DNA from: Solirubrobacteraceae bacterium
Lineage (GTDB): Bacteria; Actinomycetota; Thermoleophilia; Solirubrobacterales; Solirubrobacteraceae
NCBI GenBank assembly: GCA_036389475.1
Contig: DASVPU010000052.1
Coordinates: forward strand, 1-52,647
Length of the DNA: 52,647 nucleotides
Direction of reading: 5' to 3'
Each line of letters begins with the position of its first letter. Positions within the stretch are counted from its first letter, which is position 1. The position numbers were made by a program, and so were the translations under genes. A model generated the notes under the pieces. The model was given only the letters and a program-made list of their open reading frames with translations. It had not been told where the DNA came from and did not search any database. Positions 1 to 8,979 of the stretch are shown here, one piece after another.

Positions 1-1309
1 GGGGACCGCGATCGCCTTCGTCTGCGCGCTGACGGCGGGCACCGCGGCGCTCGTGCTGGGCGAGCGGGCCGCGCCACCCGCCGCGCTGGGCTGGGTCGCT
101 GAGCATGTCACGCTGCGCACCGTCAAAGGCCCCGCGCGCGCGGCCCGCGGGCGCGCGCTGCGCGCCGGCCGCGCTGCCCTGGCGCTCGCCACCCGCCATC
201 CAGCCCGGATCCTCGCAATTGGGCTCGCCCTCGCCGCCGTCGGCTGGGGCCTTGACACGCAGACGCACGTCGAGTCCGACATCCAGAAGCTCGTCCCGCA
301 GGATCTCCCCGCGCTGCGCGACCTCGACATGCTGCAACGCTCCAGCGGCGTCAGCGGCGAGGTCGACGTCGTCATCGAGGGCTCCGACCTCACGCGCCCG
401 CGGGTGCTCGCGTGGATGATCGACTTCCAGTCCGCAGTGCTCAAGCACCACGGCTACTCGCCCAAGCGTGGCTGTGGCGAGGCGGACATCTGCCCCGCCT
501 TCTCGCTGCCCGACCTCTTCACGACGCAGAGCTCGCGCAAGCACGCCGCCGGCATCGAGGCGCTGCTGGATGCGATCCCGCCCTACTTCTCGCAGTCGGT
601 GATCACGGCCGACCGCAACACCGCCACGCTCGCCTTCGGCCTGCGGTTGATGTCGCTCGAGCGCCAGAAACGGGTCATCGACGATCTGCGCGCGCGCCTG
701 CACCGCGGCCGCCCTCGGAGAGTTCGGGCGGCGCTCGCGGGGCTGCCCGTGCTGGCGGCCGACGCGAACGCCGAGGTCGCCTCGAACGGGCGACGCGTGC
801 TGACGCTGCTCGCCGGCCTGCTCGCGGTCGCGATCGTGCTGCTCGTCGCGCTGCGGGGGATCGCGCGCGCGCTGCTGCCGCTCGTGCCGATCGCGCTGGC
901 GACCGGATGGTCGGCGTTCGTCCTCTTCGCCCTGCGCGTGCCGCTGAACCCGATGTCGGTGACGCTCGGCGCGCTGGTCATCGCGATCTCGACGGAGTTC
1001 AGCGTGCTGCTCTGCGAGCGCTATCGCCAGGAGCGGCGGCTCGGCCACGACCCGCACGAGGCGCTCGCGCGCACCTACCGGTCGACCGGCGCAGCCGTGA
1101 TGGCCTCGGGAACGACCGCGATCGCTGGCTTCGCCGTGCTCGTCGTGTCAGACATCCGGATGCTGCGCGACTTCGGGTTTGTCACGGTCGTCGACCTGAC
1201 GGTCTCGCTGCTCGGCGTGCTCGTCGTATTGCCGGCGGTGCTGCTGCTCGCCGAGCGCCGCGCCTCGACGCGGGGGTGTACGCCGCCGGCCGCCAAGGTC
1301 GCCGCGTGA
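1..1309 (+). CDS. MMPL/RND-superfamily membrane transporter, C-terminal part (5' end lies outside the window)
   Basis: The frame is open from the window edge, with no stop before nt 53. A soluble loop is followed by a bundle of hydrophobic helices including 'SVTLGALVIAISTEFSVLLCERYRQERR'. This is the pattern of the second half of MmpL-type exporters. Confidence 0.75.
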   Translation, partial: GTAIAFVCALTAGTAALVLGERAAPPAALGWVAEHVTLRTVKGPARAARGRALRAGRAALALATRHPARILAIGLALAAVGWGLDTQTHVESDIQKLVPQDLPALRDLDMLQRSSGVSGEVDVVIEGSDLTRPRVLAWMIDFQSAVLKHHGYSPKRGCGEADICPAFSLPDLFTTQSSRKHAAGIEALLDAIPPYFSQSVITADRNTATLAFGLRLMSLERQKRVIDDLRARLHRGRPRRVRAALAGLPVLAADANAEVASNGRRVLTLLAGLLAVAIVLLVALRGIARALLPLVPIALATGWSAFVLFALRVPLNPMSVTLGALVIAISTEFSVLLCERYRQERRLGHDPHEALARTYRSTGAAVMASGTTAIAGFAVLVVSDIRMLRDFGFVTVVDLTVSLLGVLVVLPAVLLLAERRASTRGCTPPAAKVAA

Positions 1310-1379
1310 TTCGCCGGGCCGTTGATGGCCTGCCGACGCGCCGGGCATCCGTGCCCGCGCGTGCAGGCTCAGCCCTGGA

Positions 1380-1691
1380 TCAGATCATCGTCGCCAGCAC
1401 GTCACGCTGGCGCGCGGTCATCGAGCCGACGGTCTTCGTCTCCGGCACTCCGATATCGGCAAGGAACTTGCTGCAGCGCGTTGCGCCCCAATGGCGCTGG
1501 CTGACGAGGAGCTCCGCGACCGTCATGCTCGCGGCCTCCCATGGACAGATCAGGATGACGTCGCTGACTGGTACAGCCCCTTCGGCCACCTTGCGCTTGA
1601 GTGCAGCGCGAGCCAACCTGACCTCGTTGGCCCGCCGAAGGGCCTGCATATGCTGCGGCGCAGGGACGATCGTCGCTGTCGCGTCGGACAT
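1380..1691 (-). CDS. integration host factor-like small DNA-binding protein (actinobacterial mIHF type)
   Basis: 103-aa ORF. The layout 'RRANEVRLARAALKRKV ... MTVAELLVSQ ... IGVPETKTVGSMTARQRDVL' parallels mIHF. GGGAGG lies just upstream of the ATG at 1691, and a long (~290 nt) untranslated region lies upstream. Confidence 0.5.
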   Translation of the reverse strand: MSDATATIVPAPQHMQALRRANEVRLARAALKRKVAEGAVPVSDVILICPWEAASMTVAELLVSQRHWGATRCSKFLADIGVPETKTVGSMTARQRDVLATMI

Positions 1692-1979
1692 AGGTCCTCC
1701 CAGGCTGCCCAGCCGTGCACGGGCAGCTTTCGATGATTGTCTGGTGTGCTTGGCGCCTGCGCGACGGGATCACTCAGGGCAGCCGAACGCGCACCTCCGA
1801 GACACTCCCCTTGGCCTACGGGTTCCGTTGCTTCCCGTCACGCCTCTCTGACGCCCGGCGACCGTAGTAAAGGCGCACCGGCACAGTCAACGCGCTCAAA
1901 CGCAAAGCCATGCTCTCAGCGGTGTTTTTCTTGTGGGAACTGCTTGTGAAGGAATGGACAAGCGAACGGCCCGGTTCGA

Positions 1980-3224
1980 TCAAGCGGGCAGCGGACCGTG
2001 CTCGGCCTCGAAGGCCACCTTGACCATCGAGAACGCGTCCAGCGCGCGGTCGAGCGTCGCGCGATCGTGCGTCGCCATGACGCTCGTGCGCAGCAGCGCT
2101 CCGCCCGGCGGGACGGCCGGATGGATCGCGACGTTGACGAAGACGCCGGCGTCGTACAGCGCGCGCCACAGCAGGACGGCCTTCCAGTCGTCGCCGACGA
2201 TCACGGGGACGATCGGCGTCATGTGATCGCCGTCGTGCTCGACGACCTTGAAGCCGCGCTCCTTCAGGCCGGCGTGCAGGTAGGCCGCGTTGTCGAGCAC
2301 GCGCTGCAGCAGCGGCGGGCCCTCGTCGGAGCGCACGATCCGCAGCGCCGCGAGCGCGGCGCCGACGGCGGCCGGCACGCCCGCGGCGGTAAACAGGAAC
2401 GCGCGGCTCTGCACGCGCAGGTAGTCGATGACCTCGTGGCTGCCGGCCAGGAAGCCGCCGCAGCTCGCGAGGCTCTTGGAGAACGTCCCCATCCGCAGGT
2501 CGACGCGATCCTCGACGCCGAGCAGCTCGGCGCTGCCGGCGCCGCGCGCACCCAGGACGCCGGCGGCGTGAGCCTCGTCGACCATCAGCCGCGCGCCGTA
2601 GCGCCCGCACAGCTCGCTGATCTCGCCGAGCGGCGCAACGTCGCCCTCCATCGAGAAGACGCCGTCGACGACGACGAGGATCCCGCCCTCGTCGTTGCGC
2701 GCCTTGTGCAGCGTGCGCTCGAGCTTGTCCATGCGGTTGTGCCTGAAGACGCGCAGCTTCGCGCGGCTGAGCAGGCAGCCGTCGAGGATCGAGGCGTGGT
2801 CGCCGGAGTCGGCGATGACCGTGTCGCCGGGTCCGAGCAGCGTGCCGAGCGCCGAGAGGTTGGCCTGGTGGCCGGTCGCCGTGACGATCGCCTCCTCGGT
2901 CCCCATCCACTCGGCGATCTCCTGCTCGAGCTCGAGGTGCAGCGCGATCGTGCCGTTGAGCAGGCGCGATCCGGTCAGGCCCGTTCCGTACGTGTGCAGC
3001 GCCGCCTGCGCGCCTTGGATGACGCGCTCGTCGCCGGTCAGTCCGAGGTAGTTGTTGGAGCCGAGCATGATCCGCTCGGCGCCCTCCATCTCGACGACCG
3101 GGCCCGCGGGGCCCTCCAGCGTGCGGAAGTAGGGCAGCAGGTCGGCCTCACGGGCGGCGCGCAACTGCTCGGAGCGCTCATGGCCGCGGACCTTTGCGAA
3201 GACATCGTGTGTCAAGGAGGACAT
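1980..3224 (-). CDS. PLP-dependent alpha-oxoamine synthase family enzyme (8-amino-7-oxononanoate synthase / 2-amino-3-ketobutyrate CoA ligase-like)
   Basis: Motifs 'NNYLGL', 'TATGHQANLSALGTL', 'VVVDGVFSMEGD', 'MVDEAHAAGVLG' and the PLP-lysine motif 'GTFSKSLASCGGF'. Confidence 0.85.
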   Translation of the reverse strand: MSSLTHDVFAKVRGHERSEQLRAAREADLLPYFRTLEGPAGPVVEMEGAERIMLGSNNYLGLTGDERVIQGAQAALHTYGTGLTGSRLLNGTIALHLELEQEIAEWMGTEEAIVTATGHQANLSALGTLLGPGDTVIADSGDHASILDGCLLSRAKLRVFRHNRMDKLERTLHKARNDEGGILVVVDGVFSMEGDVAPLGEISELCGRYGARLMVDEAHAAGVLGARGAGSAELLGVEDRVDLRMGTFSKSLASCGGFLAGSHEVIDYLRVQSRAFLFTAAGVPAAVGAALAALRIVRSDEGPPLLQRVLDNAAYLHAGLKERGFKVVEHDGDHMTPIVPVIVGDDWKAVLLWRALYDAGVFVNVAIHPAVPPGGALLRTSVMATHDRATLDRALDAFSMVKVAFEAEHGPLPA

Positions 3225-3229
3225 GTAGC

Positions 3230-4363
3230 GTGCGCGCCGTGTCCGTCGAAATAAAGCCCGTGACGTCGCGGCGAGATTGGCGGGAGTTCATCGAGCTCCC
3301 GTTCCGGCTGCACTCTACCTCGCCGTGGTGGGTGCCCCCGCTGCGCATGGAACGGCGCCTATTTCACAGCAGGCGGATGAACGCGTACTTCAAGCACGCC
3401 GGGGCGCAGGAGTTCCTCGCCCGCCGCGGCGATCGCGTCGTCGGCCGCGTCAGTGCCCAGTGCGACGCCAACTACGACGCCCAGCATGGCCCGGGTACCG
3501 GGATGTTCGGCTTCCTCGAGCTCGAGGACGATCCGGAGGTCGCGGCCGCGCTGCTGAGCGCCGCGCGCGGCTGGCTGGCCGAGCGCGGGCGCACGCGGAT
3601 GATCGGCCCGATGGACTACACGATGAACGACGAATGCGGGGTCCTCGTCGAGGGCTTCGAGCGCGAGCCGATGATCAAGCAGCCCTGGCACCCGCCGTAC
3701 TACCAGCGCCTATGCGAGGGCGCGGGCCTGGAAAAGGCGGTCGACCTCTACATGTGGGAGCTCGACATCTCCGACCGAGAGAAGATCCTGCCCATCATCT
3801 TCGAGCTCGCCCAGCAGGCTCAGACCAAGCACGGGATCGAGCTGCGGCGCATGCGCCGGCGCGGCCTGTCCAAGGACATCAAGGTCTTCGGCGAGGTCTA
3901 CAACGCGGCCTGGAAGGACAACTGGGGCTTCGTCCCCTACGACGACGAGGACCTCAAGCACTACGGTGAGGAGCTGCAGCTCGTCTTCGACAGGAACTGG
4001 TTCATGGTCGCCGAGAAGGACGGCAAGACCGTCGGCGTTGCGATCACGGTCCCAGACGTCAACCAGGTGCTCAAGCTCATGAACGGGCGCCTGCTGCCGC
4101 TCGGCTGGTGGCGCTGGCTGCGCAAGGGCAAGATCGTCACCCGTGTCCGCGTCGGGTTCCTCGGCGTCAAGCCCGAGTACCAGCACACCGGGACCGCGGC
4201 GATGTTCTACGTCGAGCACTTCGAGACGGCGAGCAGGACCCCGCAGAAATGGGGCGAGATGGGCTGGATCCTCGAGACGAACCGCGCGATGAACCGCGGC
4301 ATGGAGGCCATGGGCGGACGGATCGCCAAGCGCTATCGCGTCTACGAGTCGAGCTGCTCGTAA
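3230..4363 (+). CDS. GNAT-superfamily acyltransferase-like protein (~378 aa)
   Basis: AAGGAGGA (3214-3221) lies 8 nt upstream of GTG 3230. The C-terminal 'VGFLGVKPEYQHTGTAAMFYVEHF' fits GNAT motif A. The longest ORF starts at ATG 3194 but would overlap the divergent gene by 31 nt. Confidence 0.55.
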   Translation: MRAVSVEIKPVTSRRDWREFIELPFRLHSTSPWWVPPLRMERRLFHSRRMNAYFKHAGAQEFLARRGDRVVGRVSAQCDANYDAQHGPGTGMFGFLELEDDPEVAAALLSAARGWLAERGRTRMIGPMDYTMNDECGVLVEGFEREPMIKQPWHPPYYQRLCEGAGLEKAVDLYMWELDISDREKILPIIFELAQQAQTKHGIELRRMRRRGLSKDIKVFGEVYNAAWKDNWGFVPYDDEDLKHYGEELQLVFDRNWFMVAEKDGKTVGVAITVPDVNQVLKLMNGRLLPLGWWRWLRKGKIVTRVRVGFLGVKPEYQHTGTAAMFYVEHFETASRTPQKWGEMGWILETNRAMNRGMEAMGGRIAKRYRVYESSCS

Positions 4364-4515
4364 GCAACGGGAGCGCAACGTCTGACGGTCTGGTCAATAT
4401 GCAGCGCGGTGCGATCGACGACGACTGCGGCACGGCGATGATCCCGGTCCTGTCCGGCCGTGTCGCCGGGCGCAATCAAGGGAAGGATCGTGCTCGTGAC
4501 TCAGGAGGGGACGCT

Positions 4516-4827
4516 GTGAGCGAAGAGCCTGCCGGCGTGTTCGATCAGGACCGGCATGCGCCCGAGGTCCTCGACGGGGTACCTGTGCTCGCCAAGGGGC
4601 CGCGCGCCCTCGAGCGCCCGCGCGCAGCGGGCGCGCTGGCCCCGGCGGCGGCGGTGCAGACGGTGGCGGTGGTCGGCGTGAGCGTCGTCGCCGGCGCGGC
4701 GGCGGCGACGCTGGTACGGCGGCGCCGGCTGCGGCGGCTGGAACGACGGCGTGGGCGCGTGCTGGCGCCGGTCCTCGCGAGCCGTTCGTTCCTGGTGGAC
4801 GTGCATGTGCTTGGGGAGCGCAAGTAG
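4516..4827 (+). CDS. hypothetical small protein with one hydrophobic segment
   Basis: GGAGGGG precedes GTG 4516. Contains 'AAAVQTVAVVGVSVVAGAAAATLV' followed by an Arg-rich stretch. No family recognised. Confidence 0.3.
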   Translation: MSEEPAGVFDQDRHAPEVLDGVPVLAKGPRALERPRAAGALAPAAAVQTVAVVGVSVVAGAAAATLVRRRRLRRLERRRGRVLAPVLASRSFLVDVHVLGERK

Positions 4828-4895
4828 AGCGCTAGTCGACAGGGTTACGCCGCAACGTCCGCGATCGCCAGGCGCAGCCGTCTTGCGCCCCGCGT

Positions 4896-5885
4896 ATGTT
4901 GGCCGCAATCGTGGTCGAGGTTCGCGTCGAGGTCATCCCGCGCTGGTCCTTCCGGCTGCCGCGCGTGGGTGGACGCGACGGCGTGCTGCGCTGCCGCGGC
5001 GGCGTCATCGAGCGTCTGCTGCACCTCCACGGCGGTCGCGCCGTCGTCCGCGTCGCGCAGACCGCCGAGCGGCGCGTGCTGTTCGGCGCCTGGGCGCACG
5101 ACGGCGAGGTCGCGCAGGCGGCGATCGCGCGGATGCGCTTCGCGCTCGCGATCGACGACGATCTGCGGCCGTTCTGGGAGCGCTACCGCGAGGACCCGCT
5201 GATCGGCCCGTCGCTGCGACGCAGGCCCTGGCTGCGAATCGGGCGCCGGCCGATAGCGTTCGAGGCACTCGCGTGGGCGGTCTGCGAGCAGCTCATCGAG
5301 TCCGGACGCGCAGCTGCGATCGAGGCCCGGATCGTGCGTGCGTTTGGCCCCCGATGCCCCGAGACGGGACTGCGCGACGTGCCGAGCGCCGCCGCTCTCG
5401 CGGCGTGCGCGCCCGCGCGCCTGGAGGCGTTCGATCTCGCCGGCCGCCGCGCCGTGGCGCTTGTGCGCGTCGCACGCGATGTCGCGCGCGGACGGATCGA
5501 CCTCGAAGGACCCGATCACGCGGCCGCGTGGCGGCTGCTGCTGGCGATCCCGACGGTCGGACGCTGGACCGTCGAGATGCTCGCCCAGCGCGGTCAGGGT
5601 CGCTACGACGTCCTTCCGGCGGGCGACCTGGGCTACCTCAAGCTGCTTGGAAGCTGGTGCTCGGGCGGCAATCCCGCCGCGCGAGCCGAGGAGGCCGAGG
5701 TGCGGGCGCTGTTCGAGCGCTTCGGGGAGTGGCGGGGCCTGGCCGCGGCGCATGCGCTGCGCGGCCCTGCCCCGGCGCCATCGGCGCGCCGCTCGGTCGG
5801 CATCACGCGCCCGCCGCGCGCGACGAGTAGCCGTGGGATGAAGACAGCCGGTCCAGGTGCCCGAGCGGGTGGTAGACGAGCGTGA
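4896..5885 (+). CDS. HhH-GPD DNA glycosylase, AlkA-type (DNA-3-methyladenine glycosylase II)
   Basis: Helix-hairpin-helix plus catalytic Asp region 'LLAIPTVGRWTVEMLAQRGQGRYDVLPAGDLGYLK'. AlkA-like N-terminal domain. The last ~40 aa are low-complexity, so the true stop or tail is uncertain. Confidence 0.7.
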   Translation: MLAAIVVEVRVEVIPRWSFRLPRVGGRDGVLRCRGGVIERLLHLHGGRAVVRVAQTAERRVLFGAWAHDGEVAQAAIARMRFALAIDDDLRPFWERYREDPLIGPSLRRRPWLRIGRRPIAFEALAWAVCEQLIESGRAAAIEARIVRAFGPRCPETGLRDVPSAAALAACAPARLEAFDLAGRRAVALVRVARDVARGRIDLEGPDHAAAWRLLLAIPTVGRWTVEMLAQRGQGRYDVLPAGDLGYLKLLGSWCSGGNPAARAEEAEVRALFERFGEWRGLAAAHALRGPAPAPSARRSVGITRPPRATSSRGMKTAGPGARAGGRRA

Positions 5886-5978
5886 TGATGTGGTCCTTGC
5901 CGTAGCGGTCGAGCAGCGAGCCCGACCGCTCCTCGAACTGCCTGCAGAACGGGCACAGAAAAGTCGATGCGCTCAAGC

Positions 5979-7301
5979 TCAGGCTTCCCGCGCGACGGCC
6001 ACCCCGCGTGCGCCCCGCCATCCCGCCAGCCGCTGCAGCGCACCCGCGACCGCGCGGTCCAGCGCGGGCGTGCGGCGCACCTGCAGCTCGCGGTACAGCG
6101 CGTGGACGCGCAGCAGCCCGGCGTCGCGATCCAGTGCCGCGTCGGCGCGAGCCACCAAGCGATCGCGGTGCAGGATCGGCAGGACGTAATAGCCCCAGCG
6201 GCGCTTCGCCGGCGGGACGTAGATCTCCAGGCGATGGTCAAAGCCGAACAGCTCCGCCGTGCGGGCGCGATCGCAGAGCAGGTTGTCGAAGGGCGACAGC
6301 ACGGTGGTGCGAGCGGCGGGCGCCAGCTCGGACAGCCGCTCGAGGTCCTCTGTCGCCGCGTACCAGACGCCGTCGCGCAGGCCGCGCAGCCGCACCTCCT
6401 CGAGGCGTCCACCGGCGACGAGCGCCGCGAGCGTCGAGGGCAGCTGTCGGTAGCGCCGCCGCAGGAAATGCGCCCGCACGTGCGCCGGGCGCGCGACGCC
6501 GAGCATCCGAACCGCGCGCAGCACGGCGTCGCGCTCGGCGTCGTCGTCGCCGGCGAGTGGTTGCGCGGCCGCCAGCGCGTGCTCGGGCACGCAGCGCTCG
6601 AAGACGTCCCACACGCGCTCCATTCCCATGCGCCGCGAAACCCCGATCCGCCCGCTGAGCCAGAGCATGTGCAGCAGCCGCGCGATCGTCTGGCGCCCCG
6701 AGACCTCGTCGGTCCACCAGCCGTGGCGCCACGGCTCCGCCGAGCGGTCCTCGAGATCGCGCGCGCGCAGCGGACCGCGCTCCCGAAGCTCGGCGACGAG
6801 CTCGTCGCAAAACGCCGCGTTGGCCGTCAGGAACTCCCGCGCTCTGACGGCTCGCGCGTCGTGTCCGTCGAGCACCGTGCGCGTCGCCCAGCGGTGCAGC
6901 GCCAGGTCCGCGGTCGCGACGAGCGACGCCTCGTGCGCCCAGGCGTCAAACAGGGCGCGCTGCACGTACGCCGCGCGCTCCAGCGCCTCGTCGCGCACCG
7001 GACCCAGGCGAGCGAAGAGCACGAGCAGCGGACTGCGCGCCACGGCGCTGACGGGATCGAGCTGCAGGCATCCGATCCGCTTGACGACCGCTGCCACCGC
7101 CTCGGGCCCGCGGCCGCCGGCCGGTGGCGCGTCGGCGAGCCCCTGAGCGTGGAGGGCCAGGCGCCGTGCCTCGCGAAGCGAGAGGGTCCGCGGCGTCAGA
7201 CGCCCTCGCCCGGCAGGAACTCGTTGGTGAACGCGCGCTGGGCGACGTTCGCGCTCGGGATCAGCTGCCTGTCGGCCATCCACTGCGCGTAGCGCCTCCA
7301 C
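5979..7301 (-). CDS. winged-helix DNA glycosylase of the YcaQ/AlkZ (HTH_42) family
   Basis: 'LSLREARRLALHAQGL', 'VVKRIGCLQLDPVSAV' (a Q-x-D catalytic-type motif) and 'YVLPILHRDRLVARAD'. The annotated start overlaps the upstream gene by ~100 nt, so the real start is probably further in. Confidence 0.65.
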   Translation of the reverse strand: MEALRAVDGRQAADPERERRPARVHQRVPAGRGRLTPRTLSLREARRLALHAQGLADAPPAGGRGPEAVAAVVKRIGCLQLDPVSAVARSPLLVLFARLGPVRDEALERAAYVQRALFDAWAHEASLVATADLALHRWATRTVLDGHDARAVRAREFLTANAAFCDELVAELRERGPLRARDLEDRSAEPWRHGWWTDEVSGRQTIARLLHMLWLSGRIGVSRRMGMERVWDVFERCVPEHALAAAQPLAGDDDAERDAVLRAVRMLGVARPAHVRAHFLRRRYRQLPSTLAALVAGGRLEEVRLRGLRDGVWYAATEDLERLSELAPAARTTVLSPFDNLLCDRARTAELFGFDHRLEIYVPPAKRRWGYYVLPILHRDRLVARADAALDRDAGLLRVHALYRELQVRRTPALDRAVAGALQRLAGWRGARGVAVAREA

Positions 7302-8215
7302 TCGTTCGGGTCCTGGAAGCCGAACGGTCGCTTGCCCCCCAACGGAAAGAAGACCGGCAGCGTCGCCTCGACCTGCGCGCGCTGGACGGCGGGGTCGAGA
7401 TCCGGCGCGGCCTTGACGAGCGGATTCACACCAGCACCGATGTTGCCCCGCAGGATCGCGTGACCCCGTCCGAGAGCGCGCATGAAGCGCCGCAGCACTT
7501 GTCCGCGCGAGCGCACGTCCTGCTCGCGAGCGACGATGATGAGCTCGTTGTAGGTCGGCACGCCGAGGGAGTCCACGCGCAGGATCTCGGGCTTGCGGTG
7601 CTGGCGGGCGAGCTGCACGCCCTCGACGTTCCAGAACATGCCCAAAACCGCATCGACGCGCTTGGAGAGGAGCGTCGGCACGAGAGTGAAGCCGACGTTG
7701 ATCGCCTTGACCTTGCCGGCATCGACGCCGGCGCCCGCGAGGATCGTCTTGAGGTACGCGTCCTGGTAGGGGATCCCGGCGGTGCCGACCGTCTTGCCGG
7801 CCAGCTCGGACGGCTGCTTGATCGCCTTGTGGCCGAGCGAGACGATCGAGGTCAGCGGCTTTTGCACCAGCGCGCCGATCGAGACGAGCTTCGCTCCCTT
7901 GGCTCGGGCGAGCAGCAACTCGGGCTCGTAGGAGATCGCGAGGTCTGCCTTGCCCGCTGCCAGCAGCTTGAGCGGCAGCGATGGATCCGACGGCGTTCGC
8001 ACGCGCACGTCGAGCGCCGCGGTCTTGAACTCGCCGCTGCCGATCGCTGCGTAGATGCCCGCGTGGTCGGCGTTGGGAAGGTAATCCAGCAGCAGGTTGA
8101 GGCGCTCGTTCGGCCCGGTGGCGGCGCCGGAGCCCGGCTCGTCCTTCTCACCGCACGCGACGAGGCCGCAGGCGAGCATCACCGTGAGCAGGGCCGACAG
8201 GACTCGGCGGGTCAT
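7196..8215 (-). CDS. thiY: ABC transporter substrate-binding lipoprotein, NMT1/THI5-like (probable thiamine-pyrimidine precursor binding)
   Basis: Lipobox 'MLACGLVAC'. NitT/TauT-type SBP pattern 'LDYLPNADHAGIYAA'. ATGA start/stop overlap with the permease at 8212-8215. The symbol is inferred from the TPP riboswitch at the head of the operon. Confidence 0.75.
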   Translation of the reverse strand: MTRRVLSALLTVMLACGLVACGEKDEPGSGAATGPNERLNLLLDYLPNADHAGIYAAIGSGEFKTAALDVRVRTPSDPSLPLKLLAAGKADLAISYEPELLLARAKGAKLVSIGALVQKPLTSIVSLGHKAIKQPSELAGKTVGTAGIPYQDAYLKTILAGAGVDAGKVKAINVGFTLVPTLLSKRVDAVLGMFWNVEGVQLARQHRKPEILRVDSLGVPTYNELIIVAREQDVRSRGQVLRRFMRALGRGHAILRGNIGAGVNPLVKAAPDLDPAVQRAQVEATLPVFFPLGGKRPFGFQDPNEWRRYAQWMADRQLIPSANVAQRAFTNEFLPGEGV

Positions 8216-8979
8216 CGCAGTGGGGTTCCTCTCAGCAGTCGGGACGCGGGCACGGGGCGCGCCCACGGCAACAGGCGCCGCTCAGCGAGCGCCAGCAGGC
8301 CGAAGAGCGCGACGGCGAAGGCAGCCAGGATCAGGACGGCAGCGTACGCGCGCGCGGTCTCGAGGTTCGGCAGCGCCTGCTGGAAGAGGTGACCGAGCCC
8401 GTCCTCGGACCCCGACCACTCGGCCAGGACGGCGGCGATCGTCGCGACCGCGACGCTGAGCTTCGCGCCGGTGAACAGGCCCGGCAGCGCGAACGGAGCC
8501 TCGACGATTCGGAACGTCTGCCAGCGCGATGCGCCGAAGGTCCGCATGAGCTTGCGCTGGTCGGCGTCCACCCGCTCGAGCGCGTCCATGGTCGGCACGA
8601 CGATCGGAAAGAAGCAGACGAGCGCGATGATCGCGAGCTTCGGCGCGAGGCCGAAGCCAAACCAGACGACGAGCAGCGGCGCGACGATCGGGATCGGCAG
8701 CGTCTGCGAGCCGACGAGCAGCGGGTACAGCGTTCGGCGCAGCCTGGGGGAGAAGTGCAGCACGACGGCGGATCCAAGTCCGACCGCGAGCGCCAACGCG
8801 ATGCCGAGCCCGATCTCGCTCGCGGTCACGGCGAAGTTGCTCCACAGCAGGCCGCGGTCGTCGTAGAGCGCGGCCGCGACCTGGCTCGGAGCGGGCAGCA
8901 GGAACTCGTCGATCCCGCTGATCTGCACGTACGCCTCCCAGCCGCCGACGAGCACGAGCACGAGCAGCACGGCGATCAT
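8212..8979 (-). CDS. thiX: ABC transporter permease (NitT/TauT family)
   Basis: Six-helix permease with the EAA-type loop region 'DADQRKLMRTFGASRWQTFRIVEAPFALP'. Overlaps both neighbours by 4 nt. Confidence 0.8.
   Translation of the reverse strand: MIAVLLVLVLVGGWEAYVQISGIDEFLLPAPSQVAAALYDDRGLLWSNFAVTASEIGLGIALALAVGLGSAVVLHFSPRLRRTLYPLLVGSQTLPIPIVAPLLVVWFGFGLAPKLAIIALVCFFPIVVPTMDALERVDADQRKLMRTFGASRWQTFRIVEAPFALPGLFTGAKLSVAVATIAAVLAEWSGSEDGLGHLFQQALPNLETARAYAAVLILAAFAVALFGLLALAERRLLPWARPVPASRLLRGTPLR

Noticed and set aside
412-1851. 479-aa +1 frame ORF running from the MMPL gene through the mIHF-like gene. The 418-aa ORF at 1998-3254 is a similar case.
   Set aside because: These are out-of-frame or antisense readings of genes with good motifs, and are extreme in Arg/Ala/Pro content.
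1692-1979. Long untranslated region upstream of the mIHF-like gene, including the hairpin CTGCCC-N10-GGGCAG next to the SD. I considered it as a possible regulatory RNA.
   Set aside because: It contains only a short stem and a weak -35-like TTGACT. There is no recognisable RNA family. Evidence is insufficient to call a feature.
5803-6021. 72-aa minus-strand ORF with a thioredoxin/DsbA-like 'FLCPFCRQFEE ... LVYHPL' segment between the two glycosylase genes.
   Set aside because: It is far too short for a DsbA or thioredoxin fold, overlaps the 3' ends of both neighbours, and has no SD. At most it is a relic of a degraded gene. It is mentioned under the glycosylase finding only.
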